Source of the DNA: Candidatus Tanganyikabacteria bacterium
Lineage (GTDB): Bacteria > Cyanobacteriota > Sericytochromatia > S15B-MN24 > VGJW01
NCBI GenBank assembly: GCA_016867265.1
Contig: VGJW01000008.1
Coordinates: 66,552-130,551 of the forward strand
Reading direction: 5' to 3'
Length of the DNA: 64,000 nucleotides
Each line of letters begins with the position of its first letter. Positions within the stretch are counted from its first letter, which is position 1. The translations under genes were made by a program, and so were the position numbers. The notes beneath the pieces were generated by a model. The model was given only the letters and a program-made list of their open reading frames with translations, was not told the DNA's origin and searched no databases. Positions 27,154 to 36,243 of this stretch are shown here, piece by piece.

Positions 27154-28232
27154 TGGCCCCGGTCGGAGGCGCGGTCGCCGTCCTGGGCCTGGCGGTGCTC
27201 GTCATCGTGCAGCGCCTCGTCGAACTGCGCATCGCCAAGCGCCATGAGGCATGGGCCCGTGCGCAGGGCGCAATCGAGCATGGGCGTAACCATTACCCCT
27301 GGTTCTTCCTGCTGCATGGCGGCTGGCTGGTCGGCTGGATCGCCGAGGGCTGGATCGCGGGCACGGGCCTGCACCCGGTCTGGGCAGCCGCGTGGCTGCT
27401 GCTGCAGATCGCCCGGGCGTGGGTGATCCGCAGCCTCGGTCCCTACTGGAACACGCGCATCCTCATCGTCCCGGGAGCCTCGCCCGTACGCCGGGGCCCC
27501 TACCGCTGGGTCAAGCACCCCAACTACCTGGTGGTGGCCGCCGAGATGATCGTGACGCCACTTGCGGTGGGCGCGCCGTGGACGGCGCTGGCGGGCACGC
27601 TGGCCAATGCGGCCATGATGGCCGTCCGCATCCCGGCCGAGGACCGGGCCTTGGCGACGATGAGATCGCTGGTGCTGGTGGCCGCGGTCACCACCGGCAT
27701 CACCGCCTGCGCGACACCCGGGGTTCTCGCCGGTGCGCCAGCGGCCCGGGCGACCATCGAGGCGCGTCTGGATGGCCAACCCTTTCCCCACGGCTCCGTC
27801 CGCATCATCTCGACCTACGGCGAGGAACTGGCGCGCCAGGGCGGACACGCCGCATCGGACGGCGATTTTGCCGTGACGTGGCCGGATGAAGGCCTGACCG
27901 TGGCCATCGTGCTCGATGGGACCCGCCCCGACGGCAGCCCGGTGATGGTCTCGGCCTTGATGCGCACCGGCGGCCAGAAACTTGTCGATGAAGCCGCCTC
28001 GGTCATTTGCGAGAAGGCGTTGTCGACCTCGGGGGGCCTCGGCCCGCAATTGGCCAGCCGCCTGACGGTGGCCGACATCGATCGCCTCGAGACGGCGGCG
28101 CGGCAGGCCTTGACGGCCGATGAAGCCCGACGGGCCGCAACCGACGGGGAAGGCTTCGGCGCGCTGTTCCCCAGCCTTGTGGCGCGCAGCCCCGCCCTGA
28201 CGGACGCCTGGCGCATCGCCGGCGGCAGCTGA
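27153..28232 (+). CDS. ICMT-family methyltransferase (BpsB/SrsB-like) read in frame into a lipoprotein-like domain
   Basis: QRLVELRIA, LGPYWNTRI, GPYRWVKHPNY, RIPAEDRAL; internal ATG at 27660 starts MRSLVLVAAVTTGITA-C. Confidence 0.8.
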   Translation: MAPVGGAVAVLGLAVLVIVQRLVELRIAKRHEAWARAQGAIEHGRNHYPWFFLLHGGWLVGWIAEGWIAGTGLHPVWAAAWLLLQIARAWVIRSLGPYWNTRILIVPGASPVRRGPYRWVKHPNYLVVAAEMIVTPLAVGAPWTALAGTLANAAMMAVRIPAEDRALATMRSLVLVAAVTTGITACATPGVLAGAPAARATIEARLDGQPFPHGSVRIISTYGEELARQGGHAASDGDFAVTWPDEGLTVAIVLDGTRPDGSPVMVSALMRTGGQKLVDEAASVICEKALSTSGGLGPQLASRLTVADIDRLETAARQALTADEARRAATDGEGFGALFPSLVARSPALTDAWRIAGGS

Positions 28233-28233
28233 G

Positions 28234-29808
28234 TCAGTCGTACTCGGACCAGGACGATGGCGCGACACCGGGATAAACCCACGTGGGGTCAAGGCGGCCG
28301 AAGGGATTGTCGAGGGCCTCGTAACGCTCCACCAGGCTCTCGTCGGGATCGCCCGCATCCACCATCTCCGCCAGGCGGCGGAAACGATCGAGATGCTCGC
28401 GGATCCGCGCGGCAGCATAGTCTGCCGCCCCCCCGCCTACGCCGACCATGCGGGGCCAGTCGCCCGACGCCAGCAGCATCGCCTCGCGCTGCGCCTGGGC
28501 CAACGCACGCCTCATCAGGGGGCGATCATCCCCGCCACGGTGGCCCACCAACGACTCGGCATGATCGGCCGCGGCAGCCACCTGTTGCCAATACCAGTCC
28601 GTGTTGAGCGGCTGCCAAGGCAGCAAGGTGCCCGAGCGATCCCAGGATGACGGCAGAACAGCCGAAAGGGAACGGGTCGGGGACCAGGCCGCGACCTCGC
28701 CTGCGGATCGCAGCGTCAAGCCGGCCTCGCCCGCCCGCCCGAGAACCTGCATGAACCAGCGCTTGCCTTCGGGCCACGCGAGGAATCGCGCTGCGTCCAC
28801 CGGCAGGAGAAGACAGGCTGCCCGTCCCGTGCGCGCGATGGCGGCATCGAGCAACTGGCGCGCCAGGGCGAGGGCGCTAGCGGCGTGACGATCCGCAAGA
28901 TCACGAGCCTGCTCAGGAAGGTAGGGCACGGACGACGCCTCGCCGTCCTCCCCGGTACCCCGCGCCAGCAGGGGACCTGCGGGCGCCACCGACATCGGGG
29001 CGTCGGGCACCACGCCCAGGTAGCCACCCTCGCCCGGAAAGCCGGACAAGGGATCGAGGCAAGCCGCCATGAAGCTGTCCGGGGGCGCGAGGTGCACCAG
29101 GCCATCAGGTGACGAAGCCGGGCCGAAAGGCTCGCGCGAACCGATGCCATCGTCCTGATCCACCCATCCTCGTGCACTGTCCAGCACGTAGCGGAAGCCG
29201 ACGTCCGAGGCAAGCCCGTCCAGGGACCAGCCGCCCGAGGCAGCGGAGGCCCACGCACCCTCGGGCGTCCAGAGGCCCTCCGGGGCCGCCCCCATGAGCT
29301 CCTCGAGCGTCACCCGGGCAACATGCAGTTGCATGCGGGCCGCCGAAGGCCGGGGCGAGAGCGGCAGGACCGCCCCGGTCGCCGGAGCTGCAAGAATCTC
29401 GACAAGGCCGTCCGCCTGCAGGGCGGCAAGGGCGGCGAGGGGCTGCTGGGCCAGCGTGCCGAACCAGGCCTCCTCGACCTCGCCCATGCGCTCGCGCTCC
29501 CACGCCCAGGCCAGCTCCAGGTCGGCCGGAAGGCCCGATGGCAGCTCCCGCACGGCCTCCCAGCGACGCCGCAACCACTTGCCGATGCCTCTCAGGATCT
29601 CGCGATCGGCGAGCTGGGTCGCAAGGACGGGGGACAAGGCCACGGACAGGCGGCACGGCGAGGCACACTGGCGCCCTGCCACAAGGAGGGGCACGAGCAC
29701 CTCGGCGGCATGACGCTGCAGCTGGTGCTCCCCGAAGGGCCAAGCTCCCGCACGCCGGACGTAGGGAACGTGCAGCAGGACCGCCGGCACCAGGGCGCGC
29801 TCGGACAT
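28234..29808 (-). CDS. GH57 branching-enzyme-like protein, divergent
   Basis: LLHVPYVR, GLWTPEGAW, SSW, AQREAMLLASGDWP, C-terminal LDNPF. Confidence 0.78.
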   Translation of the reverse strand: MSERALVPAVLLHVPYVRRAGAWPFGEHQLQRHAAEVLVPLLVAGRQCASPCRLSVALSPVLATQLADREILRGIGKWLRRRWEAVRELPSGLPADLELAWAWERERMGEVEEAWFGTLAQQPLAALAALQADGLVEILAAPATGAVLPLSPRPSAARMQLHVARVTLEELMGAAPEGLWTPEGAWASAASGGWSLDGLASDVGFRYVLDSARGWVDQDDGIGSREPFGPASSPDGLVHLAPPDSFMAACLDPLSGFPGEGGYLGVVPDAPMSVAPAGPLLARGTGEDGEASSVPYLPEQARDLADRHAASALALARQLLDAAIARTGRAACLLLPVDAARFLAWPEGKRWFMQVLGRAGEAGLTLRSAGEVAAWSPTRSLSAVLPSSWDRSGTLLPWQPLNTDWYWQQVAAAADHAESLVGHRGGDDRPLMRRALAQAQREAMLLASGDWPRMVGVGGGAADYAAARIREHLDRFRRLAEMVDAGDPDESLVERYEALDNPFGRLDPTWVYPGVAPSSWSEYD

Positions 29809-29955
29809 GGCTTCACCATCCCCCGACGATAGCCGGGCGTCAACCGGAGAAGCACGCGACGCCGTGTCTTTGCCGGTTCTTCTCCGGATATTTACCAAGT
29901 CATGCCGACCTGTGACCGACAACCGGATCAGTCCCCCTCCGAGGAGCCCCACCCG

Positions 29956-31653
29956 ATGACCGCCATTCGCAGGCTGAACGCCCCCCAGGGCGCCGCCCCG
30001 CGCGTGGAGGCCGGCGGAGGCCCTTCGAAGCCGACCATGCGCTGGATCCCTTCCGTCAACCACAACGCACGGCCCGGCGGCAAGCGCGACATCGACACCA
30101 TTGTCCTGCACCACACGGGTGGCGGCTCGCTCAAGAGCAATGTGGCCTGGATGAACAACCCGGCCAGCAAGGTCTCCGCGCACTACACGGTGGGCAAGGA
30201 CGGCCGCATCGTCAACAGCGTCCAAGATCAGGACAGGGCCTGGCATGCGGGTACCAGCCGCTACAAGGGCCGTGACAACGTCAACGACTTCTCGGTGGGC
30301 ATCGAAATCGTCAACGAGGGTGACCACGTCGACCCCTATCCCCCCGAGCAGATGGAGGCCGTCGCGCACCTTGTCTCCTGGTTGATGGCGACCCATGGCA
30401 TCAGCTACGAGCGCATCACCGGGCACCGGGACGTTGCGTTGCCCAAGGGCCGCAAGGTCGACCCCTCGAACAATTTCGACTGGCAGGACCTGAAGGCTCG
30501 TGTGCAGCGGCACCTCGGCCAGGCCCCCACGCCACCCGGTGGCCAACCTTCCTCTCCGGTGGACCAGGCCCCGGCTCCCCGTCCGGCACCGGCCCCTGCA
30601 CGTCCAGACGGCACCGTCACCGTACACAAGGGCGACACGCTCTGGCATCTGGCCGAGGTCCACCTCGGCGACGCCACCCGCTGGCGCGAGATCTACGACG
30701 CGAACCGGGATCGCCTGAAGGACCCCAACCTCATCCTGCCCGGCCAGGTGCTGCGCCTGCCCGGCACGGCTGTCGCCCCTGCCCCCGGAGCGCAACCGGC
30801 CCAGCCCGCACCCGCGCAGCCTTCGCCGAATCAGCCTGCGCCGGTTCAGCCCGCCCCCGCGCAACCCGTCCCCGGGCAGCCAGCACCGGGCGGCACCATC
30901 CTGCCAGTCCACCCTCCGGCAGCACCGATGCCAGCCCGGCCCTATGTGCCGCCCGTCCAGGAGATCGCGCCGCCTCTGCCGCCCGTCCAGGCGCAGCCAG
31001 GTCCCCGACCTGCCCCAGCACCGGTACCCGCGCCTGCCCCCGTGCCGTCGCCGGCACCCGGTCGGCCCGCACCCCCACCCGGCGCGGGTGTTGACCGCCT
31101 GGGCTGGACCTTGCGGGGCGGAGCGCCCCTCGCGGGCGGCCTGATCGCCGGTGGCGCCGGATCAGCCTGGGGCGGTGCAGGCACGCGCCTCGGCTACGGC
31201 GCACGCATACCGGGTGGCTTGATGGGGTCAGCCCTCTTCGCGGGTCTTGGCGCCCTCGTGTCGAACCTCCTCGACTGGCGCGCGGGCAGGGTCAGCGGTC
31301 GCCAGGCCCTTCTGGGCACGGCTGTCGACACGGCCGCGTACACCGGCATCGCTGCCACCTCGACGTGGATCGGCGGCGCGCTGGGCAGCGTCCTTCCGGG
31401 GTTCGGCACCGCCATCGGCATGATCGCCGGCACGGCCGTGGGCGTCGGGCTCTCGTGGCTCTACGAAAAGTTCGTGCGGAGCCGCGGCATCGCGATGGCT
31501 GGCGCCGCGACCCAAGGCATCCGCAGCGACCTCGTGCCCCGGCCGGCCAGCGTGGGCGTGGTGCCTTCGGTGGACACCTTCACCCGCACGCCGACGCCAT
31601 CGTCGCCGCGCCCGTCCTTCGACAGCCGCAGCATGGTGCCCGAGGCTCGCTGA
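29956..31653 (+). CDS. N-acetylmuramoyl-L-alanine amidase (Amidase_2) + LysM + QPAP linker + glycine-zipper membrane domain
   Basis: IVLHHT, SAHY, RAWHAG, NDFSVGIEIV, GHRDVA..RK.DP; LysM VHKGDTLWHLA...IYDAN...NLILPGQVLRLP; C-terminal IGGALGSVLPGFGTAIG. Confidence 0.9.
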   Translation: MTAIRRLNAPQGAAPRVEAGGGPSKPTMRWIPSVNHNARPGGKRDIDTIVLHHTGGGSLKSNVAWMNNPASKVSAHYTVGKDGRIVNSVQDQDRAWHAGTSRYKGRDNVNDFSVGIEIVNEGDHVDPYPPEQMEAVAHLVSWLMATHGISYERITGHRDVALPKGRKVDPSNNFDWQDLKARVQRHLGQAPTPPGGQPSSPVDQAPAPRPAPAPARPDGTVTVHKGDTLWHLAEVHLGDATRWREIYDANRDRLKDPNLILPGQVLRLPGTAVAPAPGAQPAQPAPAQPSPNQPAPVQPAPAQPVPGQPAPGGTILPVHPPAAPMPARPYVPPVQEIAPPLPPVQAQPGPRPAPAPVPAPAPVPSPAPGRPAPPPGAGVDRLGWTLRGGAPLAGGLIAGGAGSAWGGAGTRLGYGARIPGGLMGSALFAGLGALVSNLLDWRAGRVSGRQALLGTAVDTAAYTGIAATSTWIGGALGSVLPGFGTAIGMIAGTAVGVGLSWLYEKFVRSRGIAMAGAATQGIRSDLVPRPASVGVVPSVDTFTRTPTPSSPRPSFDSRSMVPEAR

Positions 31654-31671
31654 CGCCCGCGGGCCACGCCC

Positions 31672-32751
31672 TCAGCCCAAGCGCTTCTCGGAGGCGGGGT
31701 CGAAGAGATGCACGCGAGAAGGCCGCACGGAGAATCGTGCGCGGCCGCCCGGGGCCGGCGTGACCTCGACAGGTACTCGCGCCAGCGCGGGTCCGCGTGC
31801 CGACGCCGCACGGAGGTGAACGTAACTCTCCGAACCCAGAGTCTCGACGACATCCACATCGGCCTCGAGCGTGCAGCCCTCGGCTGTCTCCGCCGGGTCG
31901 AGATGCTCGGGCCGGAGGCCGACCACCACCTTGCCGGGCCGGTGGTGAGGCTCGGCCGGCAGATCCAGGGCCAGACCCGACGCCGTGACGCGCGCCCGGC
32001 CACCCGACACGTCAAGGATAGCGTCGAACAGGTTCATCTGCGGCGAGCCGATGAAGGTGGCCACGAACAGGTTTGCGGGGCGGTCGTAGACCTCGAGGGG
32101 CGAGCCGTGCTGCTGCAGGTCGCCGCCGCGCATGACGGCAATACGGTCCCCCAGGGTCATGGCCTCTGTCTGGTCATGCGTGACGTAAACGAAGGTCGTC
32201 GCGAGGCGCTGGTGCAGTTTCTTGATCTCGGCCCGCATCGACACCCGCAGCTTGGCATCCAGGTTGGACAGGGGTTCGTCCATCAGGAAGACCTTGGGCT
32301 CGCGCACGATCGCGCGGCCGATGGCCACCCGCTGGCGCTGGCCGCCCGACAGGGCCTTGGGCTTGCGCTCGAGCAGGTGCTCGATCTCGAGTGAACGAGC
32401 CGCCTCGCGGACCTTGGTGTCGATTTCGGCGACAGGCAACTTGCGCAGCTTGAGCGCAAAGGCCATGTTTTCATACACCGTCATGTGCGGGTAGAGCGCG
32501 TAGTTCTGGAAGACCATTGCGATGTCCCGGGCCTTGGGATGCAGATCGTTGACGACCAACTCACCGATGCGCAGATGGCCGCCCGTAATCTCCTCGAGGC
32601 CGGCAATCATGCGAAGCGCGGTCGACTTGCCGCAGCCTGACGGCCCGACCAGCACGAGAAATTCCTTGTCCTCGACCGCCAGCGACAATTCACGTATGAC
32701 TACGTTGTCCCCGTAGCGCTTCTCGACCTTCTCGAAGATCACCTTGGCCAT
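31672..32751 (-). CDS. Sugar ABC transporter ATP-binding protein (MalK/MsmX/UgpC family), orphan
   Basis: GPSGCGKST, VFQNYALYPH, LSGGQRQR, LMDEPLSNLDAKLR, YVTHDQ, TOBE-like C-terminus. Confidence 0.95.
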   Translation of the reverse strand: MAKVIFEKVEKRYGDNVVIRELSLAVEDKEFLVLVGPSGCGKSTALRMIAGLEEITGGHLRIGELVVNDLHPKARDIAMVFQNYALYPHMTVYENMAFALKLRKLPVAEIDTKVREAARSLEIEHLLERKPKALSGGQRQRVAIGRAIVREPKVFLMDEPLSNLDAKLRVSMRAEIKKLHQRLATTFVYVTHDQTEAMTLGDRIAVMRGGDLQQHGSPLEVYDRPANLFVATFIGSPQMNLFDAILDVSGGRARVTASGLALDLPAEPHHRPGKVVVGLRPEHLDPAETAEGCTLEADVDVVETLGSESYVHLRAASARGPALARVPVEVTPAPGGRARFSVRPSRVHLFDPASEKRLG

Positions 32752-32825
32752 GAATCGGAACTCCTGACTGGGCGCATCCGTATGCCTGCCGTCAAGCCCA
32801 GATAAGGCATCCTAGCAGAAGGAAA

Positions 32826-32858
32826 GCCCTCCGGGCGCGGATGGCGCGCCCGGAGGGC
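32826..32858 (-). terminator. Intrinsic terminator of the gene at 32876-33562
   Basis: 14-bp perfect stem gccctccgggcgcg/cgcgcccggagggc, followed by TTTCCTTCT on the minus strand. Confidence 0.8.
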
Positions 32859-32875
32859 CTCGCAAACGTGGCCGA

Positions 32876-33562
32876 TCAGCTGGCGACGGGAATGACCGAC
32901 GACCGGGCCTGTGCGGCAGGGATGGCCTGTGCCTGAACCGGTGCCGATGCTGCCTGGGTGTGCGCCACAGGCGCCGATGGGGTCGCGGGGGCGGCGGACT
33001 GGTTGACGAGACCTTCCAGCTGGCCCTGGATGGCGCCGTTCAGGCTCGGACGCACCTTGTTCTCGTAGAACTTGCCGGCGAAGTAGCTGAAGAGTGCGCC
33101 GACACCGATGCCGACGATGGTGCCGATGCCCGGAACCAGGCTGCCGACGAATCCACCGACCATGGTGGCGGTGGCGCCGATGCCCGTGTAGGCCACCGTA
33201 TCACCGGCCGTGTTGGCGACAAACTTGGTGAACGAGCTGCGGCCGCTGACGAGGTCAATCGCGTTGGTGAAGACCGACATCAGGCCAGCGAGGGCGAAGT
33301 TGCTCTTGAGCAGGCCGGGCAGGGCGCGCAGGCTGGTGCTGATGGCGCTGCCGATGCCCGAGAAGAAGCCACCACCAAGACCGGTGCCACCCGCGACCAT
33401 CGCACGCGTCGCATCCGCTCCGGCACGGGACAGTTGGAAGACATCACGAGCGGCGCCCAGCGCCTTGGCCGACTGGATGACCGGGACAGCGACCCGCAGG
33501 CCACCGTGCATGTCGGCGCTGGCGAAGGGGCCGACAGGTGCGGCAGGTCCGTTGATGGCCAT
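32876..33562 (-). CDS. Glycine-zipper membrane-domain protein (paralog 1)
   Basis: MAINGPAAPVG...; TNAIDLVSG...TAGDTVAYTGIGATATMVGGFVGSLVPGIGTIVGIGVG...FYENKVRP. Confidence 0.82.
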   Translation of the reverse strand: MAINGPAAPVGPFASADMHGGLRVAVPVIQSAKALGAARDVFQLSRAGADATRAMVAGGTGLGGGFFSGIGSAISTSLRALPGLLKSNFALAGLMSVFTNAIDLVSGRSSFTKFVANTAGDTVAYTGIGATATMVGGFVGSLVPGIGTIVGIGVGALFSYFAGKFYENKVRPSLNGAIQGQLEGLVNQSAAPATPSAPVAHTQAASAPVQAQAIPAAQARSSVIPVAS

Positions 33563-33598
33563 CGGGGATACCTCGCTCGAGGGGGGTGGAGCCAAGGG

Positions 33599-33648
33599 GG
33601 TTACGACGGTGTTGTCCGGAGAACGACGCCCGATACGGTAAACCTGCG
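33599..33648 (-). promoter_or_regulatory. Conserved 50-bp upstream element, copy 1
   Basis: CGCAGGTTTACCG-N18-GGACAA-N5-TCGTAACC; same blocks and spacing at 51641-51690. Confidence 0.75.
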
Positions 33649-33718
33649 GTGAAGAAATCCCCAATACCGAGAGAAGGATCAACCACCCCGGCGGTGGTAC
33701 ATAGCCCAAGCAGGCCTC

Positions 33719-35581
33719 ATGATGCATTCCCGACGCCGCCCAGCCATCGAGCAGTTCTACGCCATCCGCAAGACGCGCGGCCTGGCGCTTGCGGCCGATG
33801 GCAAGACGGTAGCGTTCGTGACCAACCTGACAGGCACCCCGGAGGTCTGGACGGTGCCCGCCTCGGGCGGCTGGCCCCACCAGCTCACCTTTGGGGGCCA
33901 GGCCGTGCAGCAGGTCCTGTGGGCCGATGACGGCGAGAGCCTCATCGTCTCGATGGACCATGACGGTGATGAGGACTTCGAAATCTTCCGCGTCCCGCGC
34001 GCGGGCGGCATCCCTGTGCGCCTGCACCCGCCGGTGAAGGAACAGACCCACCTCGGCGGCATCTCGCCGGACGGCAAGCTGCTGGCCTACGCCAGCAACC
34101 ACGGCCATCCCGCCGCCTTTGACATCCTACTGCACGACCTGACGACCGGCGAAGAGCGAGTCCTGTGGCGTAGCAGCCTCGTCGACCTGCCCCTCGACTT
34201 CTCGCCCTGCGGCCGCTGGCTGCTGGCCTACCGCTTCGAGCAGAACGCCAACCAGGACCTGCTGCTCATCGACGTGGCCACCGGAGAGGGACGAATCCTG
34301 ACGGGACACGAGGGTCTTGTGCGCAACCACAGCGCAGTCTGGATCCCGGGCAGCTCCTCCTTCCTCTTCCTGACCGATCGGGACCGCGACTTCATGGGCG
34401 TCGGCCGCTACGACCTCGAGACCGGGACATGGGCGTGGGCCCACGCCCCGGAGCGAGATGTCATGGAATTGGCAATCGCCCCGGACGGAAACCGGTGGGC
34501 CTTCATCGAGAATCGGGATGGGCACCTCGTGCCTGTCCTGCACGACCCGGCCACCGGAACCGTGACCGAATTGCCGGACTACGCCGAGGGGGCCGCCAGC
34601 GAGCCCAAGTTCTCTCGGGACGGCCATACGCTGGCCTTCTGCCACGAGTCACCGGTCAGGCCACGCGACGTTCACATTCTGGACCTTGCGCACCACGACC
34701 GGCCGGGCATCCAGATTACCTTCTCGCAGATTGGTGGCCTTTCCGCAGCCGATCTGATCCGGCCCGAGATCCTGCGCTATGCGTCCTTCGACGGCCTCGA
34801 GATCACCGGCTGGCTCTTCACGCCTCGGGGGGAGGTCCCGCCCGGAGGCCATCCCGCCATCATCTGGCCCCACGGTGGCCCGGACTCGCAAGTCATCGCG
34901 AACTTCCAGCATTGGTTCCAGGTCTTTGCCGGCGCCGGCTACATGGTCCTCGCCCCCAACTTCCGCGGCAGCACGGGCTACGGCAAGGCATTCCAGGCGC
35001 TCAATCGACGCGACTGGGGTGGGGCAAGCTTTCGCGACATCGTCGCCGGCTCCGACCACCTGATCGGTCTGGGCAACGTCGACCCCACGCGCATCTCCGT
35101 GGTCGGCGGTTCCTTCGGGGGATTCATGGCCCTTACGGCGGCTACCCGGGAACCGGACCGCTGGGGAGCGATCGTCGACATCTTCGGCATCAGCAACCTG
35201 TTCACCTTCATCGAGACCACCCCGGCCTGGTGGAAACCCTACCTGCACCAGATGGTGGGCCACCCGGTCGCGGATCGCGCCCTGCTCGAGGAGCGCAGCC
35301 CGATCAACTTCATCGACCGCGTCAAGGCGCCCATGCTTGTCATCCAGGGCGCCAACGACGCACGCGTGGTCAAGGCCGAGTCGGACCAGGTCGTCGAACG
35401 CCTGCGCGGCCTGGGGGGCACGGTCGAGTATCTGGTCTTCGATGACGAGGGTCACGGCTTCAGCCACGTCTCCAACGAGATTCGGGCTGCAAGCGCCATC
35501 GTGGGCTTCCTCGACCGGCACATGCCGGCGAAGCATGCCCAAGTCCCGGCAGGAGCGCCGACGACGAACCGCCCGGCCTAG
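33719..35581 (+). CDS. S9 family peptidase (acylaminoacyl/prolyl oligopeptidase)
   Basis: N-terminal propeller; HGGP, NFRGSTGYG, GGSFGG, GANDARV, DEGHG. Confidence 0.93.
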   Translation: MMHSRRRPAIEQFYAIRKTRGLALAADGKTVAFVTNLTGTPEVWTVPASGGWPHQLTFGGQAVQQVLWADDGESLIVSMDHDGDEDFEIFRVPRAGGIPVRLHPPVKEQTHLGGISPDGKLLAYASNHGHPAAFDILLHDLTTGEERVLWRSSLVDLPLDFSPCGRWLLAYRFEQNANQDLLLIDVATGEGRILTGHEGLVRNHSAVWIPGSSSFLFLTDRDRDFMGVGRYDLETGTWAWAHAPERDVMELAIAPDGNRWAFIENRDGHLVPVLHDPATGTVTELPDYAEGAASEPKFSRDGHTLAFCHESPVRPRDVHILDLAHHDRPGIQITFSQIGGLSAADLIRPEILRYASFDGLEITGWLFTPRGEVPPGGHPAIIWPHGGPDSQVIANFQHWFQVFAGAGYMVLAPNFRGSTGYGKAFQALNRRDWGGASFRDIVAGSDHLIGLGNVDPTRISVVGGSFGGFMALTAATREPDRWGAIVDIFGISNLFTFIETTPAWWKPYLHQMVGHPVADRALLEERSPINFIDRVKAPMLVIQGANDARVVKAESDQVVERLRGLGGTVEYLVFDDEGHGFSHVSNEIRAASAIVGFLDRHMPAKHAQVPAGAPTTNRPA

Positions 35582-36117
35582 GGCAGGAACAGACCGGTCC
35601 GAGCGTCCAACCGGAACACGCCCTCGGGCGCGATGAGGGTCCAGATGGCCCGACGCTGCAAGTTCACCTGGTCGAGCGTGAACACGTCCGTCCGCCCGGG
35701 GGACATGCCCTGACGGACGGCCACGGCCACGGCCTGGTCGCTGTCGATCCGCGGCCGCTCGGTCAAGGCCTCGAGCGCGGCATCCCGGGACGTGACACGG
35801 ACCGACAGCCCCGTGTCGCCAAGCGACACCACGGCCATGTCGCGAGGGCGACGTGCCGACACGTAGGTGTAGGTCCAGTCCTGCACCATGTAGCCGGCCA
35901 TCATGGGGCCACCGGAGATGCGGGCAAGTCGCGCCTTGTCATCCCAGTCCAAGGCAGCCTGTTCGGCGGCGGCAAGCCCGGCCAGAGCGGTCGTCGCCCC
36001 CGCCGAACGGGCCGTCATCGCGATCGGCGTCGCGGACCGGGCAGCAGGCAGCACCGAACCGCAGCCGACGAGGCAGGATAAGGCGAGCGCCAGAAAGCGA
36101 AAAACCTGAATGGACAC
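35578..36117 (-). CDS. Hypothetical lipoprotein (PepSY-like C-terminus); start could be 36153
   Basis: FRFLALALSCLVG-C lipobox; IDSDQAVAVA...W...FRLDARTG. Confidence 0.65.
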   Translation of the reverse strand: MSIQVFRFLALALSCLVGCGSVLPAARSATPIAMTARSAGATTALAGLAAAEQAALDWDDKARLARISGGPMMAGYMVQDWTYTYVSARRPRDMAVVSLGDTGLSVRVTSRDAALEALTERPRIDSDQAVAVAVRQGMSPGRTDVFTLDQVNLQRRAIWTLIAPEGVFRLDARTGLFLP

Positions 36118-36243
36118 TCTGTGGAACCTTATAGAATAACGTAATCTTAACATGTTTTCGGAACAGGAAACAACTCCCGGCCTCCAGAGGAAGGCGGAGG
36201 GTACAATGAACCGTCCCGTTCCCCTGCTGGAGCCACGTCGCCC

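Noticed and set aside
28234-30912. 892-aa ORF as a single giant GH57 fusion
   Set aside because: The N-terminal 368 aa are antisense to the amidase gene; GH57 similarity starts at ATG 29808.
20870-31653. SLT and amidase as a prophage lysis cassette
   Set aside because: No phage structural, integrase or replication genes; both sit among housekeeping genes.
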